NCBI GenBank assembly: GCA_039586365.1
Contig: JBDHKN010000060.1
Coordinates: 1-30,073 of the forward strand
DNA: 30,073 nt
DNA from: Gemmatimonadota bacterium
Lineage (GTDB): Bacteria > Gemmatimonadota > Gemmatimonadetes > Gemmatimonadales > GWC2-71-9
Reading direction: 5' to 3'
The position numbers were made by a program, and so were the translations under genes. Positions 1-7,519 of the stretch are shown in pieces (within the stretch, counting starts at the first letter, position 1; every line of letters starts with the position of its first letter). The notes under the pieces were generated by a model. It saw only the letters and a program-made list of their open reading frames with translations, was not told the origin of the DNA and made no database searches.

Positions 1-1
1 T

Positions 2-1045
2 GAAACCTGCACCGACTGTCACAAGGATGACACCTACTTGCTGGCCGTGCAGGTCCAGTATGCAGCTTCCCAACACGCCACAGCGGAAACCGTTGGGCGG
101 GCTTCGTCCTCGGACTGCGCCCCTTGCCACTCGCATGAGGGCTTTGTTGACGCCGTAGTTACGGGAGCGATTACCTCGGCCGCGGCGGCAGACCACCAGA
201 CTCCGATCAACTGCCGCACGTGTCACTTGGTACACGACACGTACACTGGTGCCGATCTTCCCGGTCTGCGCACGAGTGCCCCGGTCGATCTCTGGATGAA
301 CCAGACGGCCGGTAGTGCCTTCACTGTCGACATCGGCAAAGGCAACCTCTGCTCGAACTGCCACCAGCCGCGGCCGTACTCCTGGTACGCGGAGCTGTTC
401 GGCACGGGTACGGAGATGGCCATCACCACGTCGCGGTTTGGCCCGCACCACGGGCCGCAGAGTACGATGCTAACGGGACAGGGTGGCTACGAGTACGCGG
501 GCGAGACCTACGTATCGTCAGCGCACTTGAACGCCGCGCAGGGCTGTGTGACCTGCCACATGGCGACACCTGCTTATGCTGACGAGGCCGGTGGGCACAC
601 CTGGTGGATGGAGTACGACGACCACGGAACTGAGACCCTTTGGGTCAAAGGATGTGGTGCAACTGGCTGCCATGACGTGAGCACGAGTGCTCTCGAGGAT
701 GTGCTCCGCGACGAGGCTGCGACCGAGAGGGCGTTGATCTGGGACGACGTCGACGCGAACGGTGAGATTGGTGCCGTCCTCGACGTGATGGGCGGCCCCG
801 ATACCGGCCTGTTGGTGGACTTGAAGGTGCTGTTGGTCCAGATCGCTGTGTTGTTGGGCGACGATTCTGCGGTTGATGATGACCTGGTGATGTGGCCGTT
901 GGATGTCGCGGGTGCCGTGTATAACTACAACTTTGTCCGCGAAGACCTCAGCCGCGGTCTGCATAACTTCAAGTATGCTACGAAGCTGCTCACAACCAGC
1001 ATAGCGGCGATAGAGGCCTACATCCTCACGCTGCCGCCGCAGTAG
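2..1045 (+). CDS. Multiheme cytochrome c (at least 6 heme motifs visible), 5'-truncated; C-terminus resembles OmcB/cytochrome c552-like multihemes
   Basis: Frame is open from base 2 (ETCTDCHKDD...), upstream of the tracked start at 38. Motifs CTDCH, CAPCH, CRTCH, CSNCH, CVTCH plus atypical CGATGCH; C-terminal GAVYNYNFVREDLSRGLHNFKYA helical segment. Confidence 0.92.
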   Translation, partial: ETCTDCHKDDTYLLAVQVQYAASQHATAETVGRASSSDCAPCHSHEGFVDAVVTGAITSAAAADHQTPINCRTCHLVHDTYTGADLPGLRTSAPVDLWMNQTAGSAFTVDIGKGNLCSNCHQPRPYSWYAELFGTGTEMAITTSRFGPHHGPQSTMLTGQGGYEYAGETYVSSAHLNAAQGCVTCHMATPAYADEAGGHTWWMEYDDHGTETLWVKGCGATGCHDVSTSALEDVLRDEAATERALIWDDVDANGEIGAVLDVMGGPDTGLLVDLKVLLVQIAVLLGDDSAVDDDLVMWPLDVAGAVYNYNFVREDLSRGLHNFKYATKLLTTSIAAIEAYILTLPPQ

Positions 1046-1061
1046 CACGTAGTTGCGACGA

Positions 1062-1121
1062 GCGTTCCCTCGGGGACGCAAAACGGGCACCAGCCCTCGA
1101 TCATGAGGGTACGGTGCCCGT
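1062..1121. terminator. Two consecutive hairpins after the cytochrome stop (3' end / termination structure)
   Basis: GCGTTCCC/GGGGACGC (1062-1079) and ACGGGCACC..CCCTC/GAGGG..GGTGCCCGT (1083-1121). On the minus strand the second stem is followed by TTT. Confidence 0.5.
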
Positions 1122-1239
1122 GAAGAGCAGCAAGGTTCACCAGTCGCAGTTGACTACTTCTCCGGGGGAGACTCGCCTGGAGGAGCTTGCCCCGGGACCC
1201 TGCGACTGGTGGGCCTTCTCTTCGTCAACTAACAGCTTT

Positions 1240-1259
1240 CACCATCCCTCACCATCCCT
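1240..1259. repeat. Tandem decamer (CACCATCCCT)x2 next to the stop codon of the 1263..3704 gene
   Basis: Read directly from the sequence; same unit recurs at 3752-3798, 14241-14251 and (reverse complement) 28624-28634. Confidence 0.7.
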
Positions 1260-1262
1260 TCC

Positions 1263-3704
1263 CTACCTGGTCCAAAACGCTATCACCCCGCACCCTGCTC
1301 CCGGTCGGTTGTAGACCGGTGGGATTTGCGAAGCGCCACTGTAGACCTCGATGGCTGCGATATTGGTCACGGCCAGCATGACGTCTATGTCGAAGTCGCT
1401 CGAATTGCCGTAGTAGAGCCCGTTCATGAAATAGACGACTGGACAGGGGGCCCCCTGTATCCGGTCAACCATACGCGAACTCTCTATCAGGTATCTCTGG
1501 GTATCGCCGCGCACCCCATACGAGGGATTGGGGCGGACGCGGACTCCACGCATCCTGCGCAGCACATCGGTGGTCTCGCGCGGATTCCAGGACTCGAATT
1601 CCTCTTGCGTGAGGAAACTACCGAACCCCTCTTCGCGGCGGAGAGTGAAAGGTCTCAGCAAGACATCCCTCGGTTGGTCCCGTTCAGCGGCTATCACTAT
1701 TGGATCTAGCACAGTGAGGTTGAGAGAAGTCAAAGCCAGAACGTCGCCTGTCAGTTCGAGATGCTGTCCTTGCTGCAACGCAACTTCATAATCGCGGCTT
1801 GCGTAACCCACGTGCCTCGCACGCACCCGCAGCGGACCGGGCGGCAGGCTGTCCATCGTGAATCCACCCGCCGAATCGGTGACGGTCGTCCGCCCCGTTC
1901 CCAGAGCCTCAACCTCGGCCCGTCGCAATGCTTCTCCTGAGGCAGAATCAGTCACCGTGCCGGCGAGGCTGGCCGAGAGCGCCGCCGGCGCTGCCAGCTC
2001 CAAATCCTGCTTCCAGATACCGTAGCGGATTCGGTGCGACAGTCCCTGGCCCACTGCGACGGACTGCCCCTGGAACTTGAGGCCGACTGATGCGCTCAGC
2101 CCTTCTCCGTGAGTGGCTCGCAGAGTCAGGTCAGTGCCTGTCGGCAGGCTACACAGTGTGAACGAGCCTGAGCCGTCTGTGACAGCAACAGCCTCCAGGT
2201 CGGTCGCCTGCATCACATTCCGATTTGCTTCGAGCGACCGCCACGAAACCACCACTTGGGCAGCCGGAACCGGTGCGCCTGTCTGTCCGTTCCTCACGAC
2301 ACCGACTATGGCGCGGACAGATTCATCCCAACTCTCCCCTGGGCATAGCGCAGCGCGTATGCGTGACACCGGGGGTACAGCGAGGAAGACGCGTGCGACC
2401 TCTCCCCGACTGAACTCAACAGTGGTGCCCGGTGTCATAATGCCGAGGGAATCGAGTGACGGGTGGGACATGCTGACGGCGTACTCGCCCTGCAGTGGGC
2501 CGGTGATGTGAAATGTCCCGTCCCATCTCGTCAGCGTACGGCCGTCGGTGCCCACTATGGTCACCAGAGCTCCTGCGAGTGGCCTGCCGGTAGTGCTGTC
2601 GAACACGCTCCCAATCAGCGTCGCGAACTCGGCTGTATACACTTCGCTGCCGTCCGGCGTGGCTAGGCGGATGACCTCACCACCGCTTTCGCGGAAGCCG
2701 GTGACAACGGAATCCGGTACGGGTCCCAGACCTAGGCGAAGTCCGACCGCGGGCATCCGGATGAACCACTCGCGCACGATCCAGGCACCCGACGGCACGG
2801 GCATGAACTCGAGTTCTCCTCCGATCCTTTGGTCACGAATATCGGGAGGCAGTCTGGTATACCGGTACTGTATTGTCCGTAGCTCAGCCGCACTCTCGTC
2901 CAACCAGAGTGCACCTGCAACATCGACTGCGCTATGGCCTGCCACGGGCTCGAATGCGAGGCCGATGAGACCCGGGTGATCTTGTCGGTCTCGTACGGCC
3001 TTGAAACAGTGGGTGCGTTGGAACGACTCGGACAGTAGCACGTCCGCATCCGGTGCAAAGAAGGTTGCCGTGCCGTCCCAGTTGTGCCTCAGGTATCCTT
3101 GCTCCGCCAGTTGCTCCGGAGGAGCACTCTGAAACGGTGTCGTGTAGAAGCCCGAGGTCGTCGTTTGCTGTTCCTTCACTACATTCCTGGCGCGCCGGTC
3201 GAGATCGCGCTCATACAGTCTCATCGTGTAGTGCAGATCGCGTCTATTGGCTGTCCATGACGCTGCCGCCAGCGCCTTGCGGGCTTCTTCCCAAACTACG
3301 GCCGTACGTGCGCTGCCTTCGGGACCCACCTCACAGCGAGCCTCCGCTGTCACCTCGACCTCGGCGAGTCGTACCGGCAGGGCGATGACCGTCAGGTGGT
3401 ACTCCAGAGCCTGGCCTGCCGACAGCTCGAACAACGGCGACTGCCAAGCCCGATATCCGATGCGGAGCGATTGCAGCTTGAAGTGCCCTGCCTGTGGGGC
3501 TGTCAGTGAGAAACGGCCTCGGCGATCGGTGAGCGTGCGGGCTACTTCCTGGCCGCTCTCGTCGATCAGAGTCATGAAACCGCCGTCCACGAGCGCACCG
3601 GTGGCGCTGTCCACCACCTGCCCAGTTACGGTCTGCGCGCAAAGTGGTGGACTCGTTCCAAGCGCCACCGCGCCACACAGGAACAGACTGAGCGTGGTTT
3701 TCAC
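1263..3704 (-). CDS. Exported protein with several carboxypeptidase-regulatory-like (CarboxypepD_reg) domains and a C-terminal TonB-dependent-receptor plug-like domain; no beta-barrel
   Basis: Signal peptide; repeated modules GQVVDSATG...TDRRGRF, GSVFDSTTG...DGTF, GVVRNGQTG...TDGSGSF, GTVTDSASG...TDSAGGF; C-terminal CPVVYFMNG...IAAIEVYSGASQIPPVY...CGVIAFWTR. Confidence 0.8.
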   Translation of the reverse strand: MKTTLSLFLCGAVALGTSPPLCAQTVTGQVVDSATGALVDGGFMTLIDESGQEVARTLTDRRGRFSLTAPQAGHFKLQSLRIGYRAWQSPLFELSAGQALEYHLTVIALPVRLAEVEVTAEARCEVGPEGSARTAVVWEEARKALAAASWTANRRDLHYTMRLYERDLDRRARNVVKEQQTTTSGFYTTPFQSAPPEQLAEQGYLRHNWDGTATFFAPDADVLLSESFQRTHCFKAVRDRQDHPGLIGLAFEPVAGHSAVDVAGALWLDESAAELRTIQYRYTRLPPDIRDQRIGGELEFMPVPSGAWIVREWFIRMPAVGLRLGLGPVPDSVVTGFRESGGEVIRLATPDGSEVYTAEFATLIGSVFDSTTGRPLAGALVTIVGTDGRTLTRWDGTFHITGPLQGEYAVSMSHPSLDSLGIMTPGTTVEFSRGEVARVFLAVPPVSRIRAALCPGESWDESVRAIVGVVRNGQTGAPVPAAQVVVSWRSLEANRNVMQATDLEAVAVTDGSGSFTLCSLPTGTDLTLRATHGEGLSASVGLKFQGQSVAVGQGLSHRIRYGIWKQDLELAAPAALSASLAGTVTDSASGEALRRAEVEALGTGRTTVTDSAGGFTMDSLPPGPLRVRARHVGYASRDYEVALQQGQHLELTGDVLALTSLNLTVLDPIVIAAERDQPRDVLLRPFTLRREEGFGSFLTQEEFESWNPRETTDVLRRMRGVRVRPNPSYGVRGDTQRYLIESSRMVDRIQGAPCPVVYFMNGLYYGNSSDFDIDVMLAVTNIAAIEVYSGASQIPPVYNRPGAGCGVIAFWTR

Positions 3705-3740
3705 CGATGTCGTCTGGGATTGAGACTCACGTGCATTGTA

Positions 3741-3811
3741 TCAGCTGTCTGCATCCCTCACCATCCCCCCCGTCCTCCACCATCCCTCACCGTCCCACCA
3801 ACGGCAGCTGA
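3741..3811. repeat. Degenerate decamer array (CATCCCTCAC-like, about 5 units) bracketed by inverted TCAGCTG/CAGCTGA
   Basis: catccctcac catccccccc gtcctccac catccctcac cgtcccac lies between tcagctg (3741-3747) and cagctga (3805-3811). Confidence 0.7.
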
Positions 3812-3823
3812 CAACCCCTGGAG

Positions 3824-3988
3824 TCAGAGAATCATCCCAACCAGCAACACCACGAGCAAGACCAGGACGACGATAATCACCACGACCCCCAGGGCGAGAG
3901 CGAGCAGCGCCTTCCACCCAATCTTGCTGAGAAAGGTGAGAATCCCGATTCGGATGATCTGTTTGAGCCACTCGAGCAGAATACTCAT
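3824..3988 (-). CDS. Small (54 aa) membrane protein, not in the ORF track
   Basis: ATG at 3988 preceded by GGAAGGGGA; translation MSILLEWLKQIIRIGILTFLSKIGWKALLALALGVVVIIVVLVLLVVLLVGMIL; TGA at 3826-3824; upstream ECF-type promoter motif; fills the intergenic gap. Confidence 0.75.
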   Translation of the reverse strand: MSILLEWLKQIIRIGILTFLSKIGWKALLALALGVVVIIVVLVLLVVLLVGMIL

Positions 3989-4031
3989 TGTCCCCTTCCA
4001 GCATGTGAAGGCAATCCGACTCTAGAATCCC

Positions 4032-4058
4032 TACGGTGGTCCCGGACCTGTTGTTTCC
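4032..4058 (-). promoter_or_regulatory. Putative ECF sigma promoter GGAAAC-N17-CGTA
   Basis: Minus strand GGAAAC aacaggtccgggaccac CGTAGG, about 44 nt upstream of the 3988 start; same geometry at 14276 and 27710. Confidence 0.6.
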
Positions 4059-4069
4059 GCATGCTGGCG

Positions 4070-4597
4070 TTACTGGCTGGCTTGGTCTGGCAAGCCCACA
4101 GGGATATCAGGCGAGTAGTCAAAGCCCTCAGAAGCGAAGGCGACATAACTAAAGACTACCAGTGAGCCGAGCCCCCATACCAAGCCCGCCACAACCCCGA
4201 CGTCAACGATACCTCTCCACGGCTGCACCAGCTGATGGGCCAGTATCACGAAGAGAACGATCATGAGAGTCACCAAGAAGGAAGTGTATTGTCTCCTCCT
4301 GGTGGCGTGAAAGTACCCCATGCAGAACAGCGGGGCGAACAATACGTGCCAGAAGCGGGGATGGTCCCTCAAGTATTTAGCTCGAGCAGCCACGCGCGGC
4401 GAAAACCCCAGTTGAAAACCTCGGTATCCTTCGGAGTAGAGCATGAAGACCAGCAACAGCAACAGACTGGTCCAGTGATACCAGGCCAGAGTCTGAGTCA
4501 GGGCATCCACGGCGATCGGTATCAAGCGGTAGACGGCGCTGCCGATCAGGAGAAAGACGCCAAGGACTCCCCAGATGGCTGCGACAGCCCCCCTCAC
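4070..4597 (-). CDS. Hypothetical integral membrane protein (about 4 TM segments)
   Basis: Likely GTG start at 4597 after GGAGA (removes the overlap with the ClC gene). Hydrophobic segments and motif-like stretches YSEGYRGFQLGFSPRVAARA, FAPLFCMGYFHAT, QPWRGIVDVGVV. Confidence 0.75.
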   Translation of the reverse strand: MRGAVAAIWGVLGVFLLIGSAVYRLIPIAVDALTQTLAWYHWTSLLLLLVFMLYSEGYRGFQLGFSPRVAARAKYLRDHPRFWHVLFAPLFCMGYFHATRRRQYTSFLVTLMIVLFVILAHQLVQPWRGIVDVGVVAGLVWGLGSLVVFSYVAFASEGFDYSPDIPVGLPDQASQ

Positions 4598-4638
4598 CTT
4601 GTTCTCCAGACGCTGAATCTTTCGACCACCGTGCCAAC

Positions 4639-6693
4639 TCACGCTTCTGTCCGAGGTGTGCCGGTCCGCAAATGCCACAATGCCTCATTAGGTCCCATCA
4701 CCAACATCACGTCGCTCTCGCTAAAGGCGTAGTCGGCCTGGGGCGCTGCATCAAGCCGTTCCTGACCGTCGGGTGACAGCTGCTTGATCATCAGTATGGT
4801 AACGCCGAACGTCTTACGGATGTTCAATTCTCGGATCGTCTTGCCGATGAATCGGCTAGGGACCGTGACTTCTGCAAAGACGGCGTTCTGGACCGCAGGC
4901 ACTACGCCAGTGCTGCTTTCCCGACTCACTGTCGACGCCATGCTGCGGGCCATATCGCGTTTGAAGATCTCTGTGTTGTATCGCTCGATCACATCCTTGG
5001 GCCAAATCACACCTATCAGACGTCCATTCTCGAGCACTGGAATCTCACCGCTATACATGCCCAACTGCCGCATGACGTCGGCTAACGACTCGTCCGGTGA
5101 GACGGTGGCGAACTCTCCGCCAACCATCACGTCCTGCGCGATGAGCAGCGCATCGAGCGTTGATGCATCGGTCATTACAGGTCTGATCTGATCGGCTGTA
5201 ATCACCCCCTCCAGAATCCCGTCCTCGTCCGTCACGAAGAGGGTTGTGCCCGGATGATCGATGAGCTTGGAAACCACCGAGGTTAGGTGGTCTTCCGGCG
5301 AGACCGTAACCGCATCGGGTCGCACTACCTCACGCACCGATACCGGTTCCAAGACGTTCACCGCACGCCCCTTGTAGATATCGATGCCGCGGCGCAGCAA
5401 CTTCAGAGTGTAGATGGACGACCGCTGCAGCCTAGTGGCTAAGAGCGTGGCGATGATACAACTGATCATCAACGGCAGGATGATTCTGTATTCGTTGGTA
5501 AGTTCGAAGATGATCAGGATGGCGGTGATAGGTGCGTGAGTCCCGGCCGCCACTACCGCTCCCATGCCCACCAATGCGTACGCTCCCGGACCGGCAGTGG
5601 TCGTGGGCCACAGCGTGTGCACGACGGTACCGACTGCACCACCTAGCATTGCCCCGATGAACAGCGATGGTGCGAAGATCCCACCAGAGCCTCCGGAACC
5701 AATCGTAATCGAAACGGCGATGATCTTCACCAGCACGAGTGCCACCATGAAGTACCACAGCATGGTGCCGTTCAGCGCCTCGTTGATGGCCTCGTACCCA
5801 ACACCAAACACATGAGGCAGCCAGATCCCGATAGCGCCGATCGCCGTGCCGCCGAGCGCCGCCTTGATTATGGGGTGCAGCCGGAGCTTGTCGACGAAGT
5901 CTTCCGTGGAGTAGAGCGTTCGAATGAAGCCCAGGGCGACGAACCCGGCGAGAATCCCCAGGCCGGCATAGGCGAACAACTCGTTGGCATGGACGAGACT
6001 GTACGGTGGGACCTCGAACGCCGGAAAGTCGCCCAGATATCGGTGGCTCACGACGGTGGCCGCAACCGACGAAATGACTATCGGTGAGAATTGCGCGACG
6101 CCAAAGTCCCCCAGAATGATCTCGACGGCAAACAGGGCTCCGGCTACAGGGGCATTGAAGGTCCCTGCAATCCCGGCTGCCGCGCCGCAACCGACCAGAG
6201 TCCGCAGCCTTTGTTGGTCGATCTTGAGCCACTGACCGATTGTCGAACCGAGGGCTGACCCGATCTGGACAATCGGTCCCTCGCGTCCCACCGAACCTCC
6301 TGATGCAATACACACACCGGATGCGAACATCTTGGCGACCACGACGCGGGGTCTGATCCTACCGCTGTGGATCGCCACCGCCTCCATGACCTCTGGAACT
6401 CCATGGCCTTTGGCCTCGCGAGCGAACCGGTGGATGATGAGTCCCACGACGGCGCCGCCCAGGGTGGGCGCCACTAGCTTCCACCAGAAGGGCAAGCTGT
6501 AGAGGTAGTCGATCGTGTATTGGCCCTGGTGCCAGAACAGTTCGTTCATGCTCTGGATGAGCAGCCGAAAGCCCACGGCGCTGAAGCCCCCCAACAAGCC
6601 GATCGCTACCGAGACCAGGACCATGTAGATCTGTTCGGTCTGGCGCAGCGCGTCGTGGGCGCGGTGAAGGTATCTGATGGCTGGCTGGAGCAT
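4639..6693 (-). CDS. ClC family chloride channel/antiporter with CBS pair and C-terminal TrkA-C (RCK-C) domain
   Basis: ClC signatures GHGVPE, GREGP, FNAP, GGIFAP, FELT, SIY; two CBS repeats; FIGKTIRELNIRKTFGVTILMIK TrkA-C motif. Confidence 0.95.
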   Translation of the reverse strand: MLQPAIRYLHRAHDALRQTEQIYMVLVSVAIGLLGGFSAVGFRLLIQSMNELFWHQGQYTIDYLYSLPFWWKLVAPTLGGAVVGLIIHRFAREAKGHGVPEVMEAVAIHSGRIRPRVVVAKMFASGVCIASGGSVGREGPIVQIGSALGSTIGQWLKIDQQRLRTLVGCGAAAGIAGTFNAPVAGALFAVEIILGDFGVAQFSPIVISSVAATVVSHRYLGDFPAFEVPPYSLVHANELFAYAGLGILAGFVALGFIRTLYSTEDFVDKLRLHPIIKAALGGTAIGAIGIWLPHVFGVGYEAINEALNGTMLWYFMVALVLVKIIAVSITIGSGGSGGIFAPSLFIGAMLGGAVGTVVHTLWPTTTAGPGAYALVGMGAVVAAGTHAPITAILIIFELTNEYRIILPLMISCIIATLLATRLQRSSIYTLKLLRRGIDIYKGRAVNVLEPVSVREVVRPDAVTVSPEDHLTSVVSKLIDHPGTTLFVTDEDGILEGVITADQIRPVMTDASTLDALLIAQDVMVGGEFATVSPDESLADVMRQLGMYSGEIPVLENGRLIGVIWPKDVIERYNTEIFKRDMARSMASTVSRESSTGVVPAVQNAVFAEVTVPSRFIGKTIRELNIRKTFGVTILMIKQLSPDGQERLDAAPQADYAFSESDVMLVMGPNEALWHLRTGTPRTEA

Positions 6694-6812
6694 GTCGGAA
6701 TGTCAGGTCAGGTGCTGTGAAACCATAGCAAGATAAGCCGTGGCGGTAGTGGTGGCAGGGGACATAGCACCAACCTGATTACAGCCGTGTCCGTGTGCCT
6801 CGGTGCGTACGG

Positions 6813-7331
6813 TCAATACTCGATGCCGGGTCGGGCGACGAGGCCTTCGTCGTAGTAGTGTTTGACTGGTTTCATCTCCGTCACGAGATGGGCTCGTTCG
6901 ACCAGCTGCTCCGGCGCTCGCCGGCCGGTGAAGACGAGCTCAACTGAGTCGGGACGGTCGTCGAGTAGATCCAACAGGTCCTGGACTGCAAGCAGCCCAA
7001 ACCAGACCGCCACGTTGATCTCGTCCAGCACGATGATGTTGTAGCTGCCGGCAAGCATGGCTTCACGTGCCTTCGTGAGACCTGCGCGCGCCTGCACTCT
7101 GTGCTCTTCGGTCACCTGGTCGCGGCGAATGCACTGCTTGTCCCCAAACTGCTCGATGGTGATGTGTGGGTCGTTCTCTAGCGCCTGCAATTCCCCGTAG
7201 TTCTGACCTTTCATGAACTGAGCTACGTAGCTCTTCATGCCGTGTCCTGATGCACGCACCACGAGACCGAATGCGGCCGTGGTCTTGCCCTTCCCATCTC
7301 CGGTGTAAACCTGAACGCACCTTTGTGTCAT
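6813..7331 (-). CDS. cobO: Cob(I)yrinic acid a,c-diamide adenosyltransferase (CobO/BtuR/CobA)
   Basis: VQVYTGDGKGKTTAAFG, QFMKG, VLDEINVA, ELVFTGR, LVTEMKPVKHYY...ARPGIEY. Confidence 0.95.
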   Translation of the reverse strand: MTQRCVQVYTGDGKGKTTAAFGLVVRASGHGMKSYVAQFMKGQNYGELQALENDPHITIEQFGDKQCIRRDQVTEEHRVQARAGLTKAREAMLAGSYNIIVLDEINVAVWFGLLAVQDLLDLLDDRPDSVELVFTGRRAPEQLVERAHLVTEMKPVKHYYDEGLVARPGIEY

Positions 7332-7403
7332 CGCAGGACTGCTCTCTATCAGATCCCCGCGCGGTGGGGTTTGCGAATCATAGCTCGGAGCCCCTACCTT
7401 CTG

Positions 7404-7441
7404 GCTATCAGCTATCAGCTATCAGCTATCAGCTATCAGCT
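7404..7441. repeat. Perfect heptamer tandem repeat (GCTATCA)x5 + GCT
   Basis: Read directly, in the divergent cobO/permease intergenic region. Confidence 0.97.
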
Positions 7442-7519
7442 CACGCCCAACATGTGATCTGCAATCGCAGTGCACAAGTCGAGCCGGCTGTGGCGACCGG
7501 TGAATGGGAAGGACACGCC

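Noticed and set aside
3741..4004. 87-aa minus-strand ORF in the track
   Set aside because: Unnatural composition and runs through the decamer array; the 54-aa ORF in another frame has an RBS and a clear TM helix.
6694..6812. Fluoride riboswitch upstream of the ClC gene
   Set aside because: No GGCGATG...GCTGATGAC-like motif, and the protein has GREGP/GHGVP rather than CLC-F signatures (GNNLI/GMGLI, GREGT).
7250..7519. N-terminal extension of the permease ORF
   Set aside because: Overlaps cobO and translates the heptamer array (YQLSAISYQLS); ATG 7520 has an RBS.
7332..7519. Cobalamin or guanidine riboswitch between cobO and the permease
   Set aside because: Only isolated fragments (AGCCAGAAG, GGGAAGG) on opposite strands; ordered core motifs are absent.
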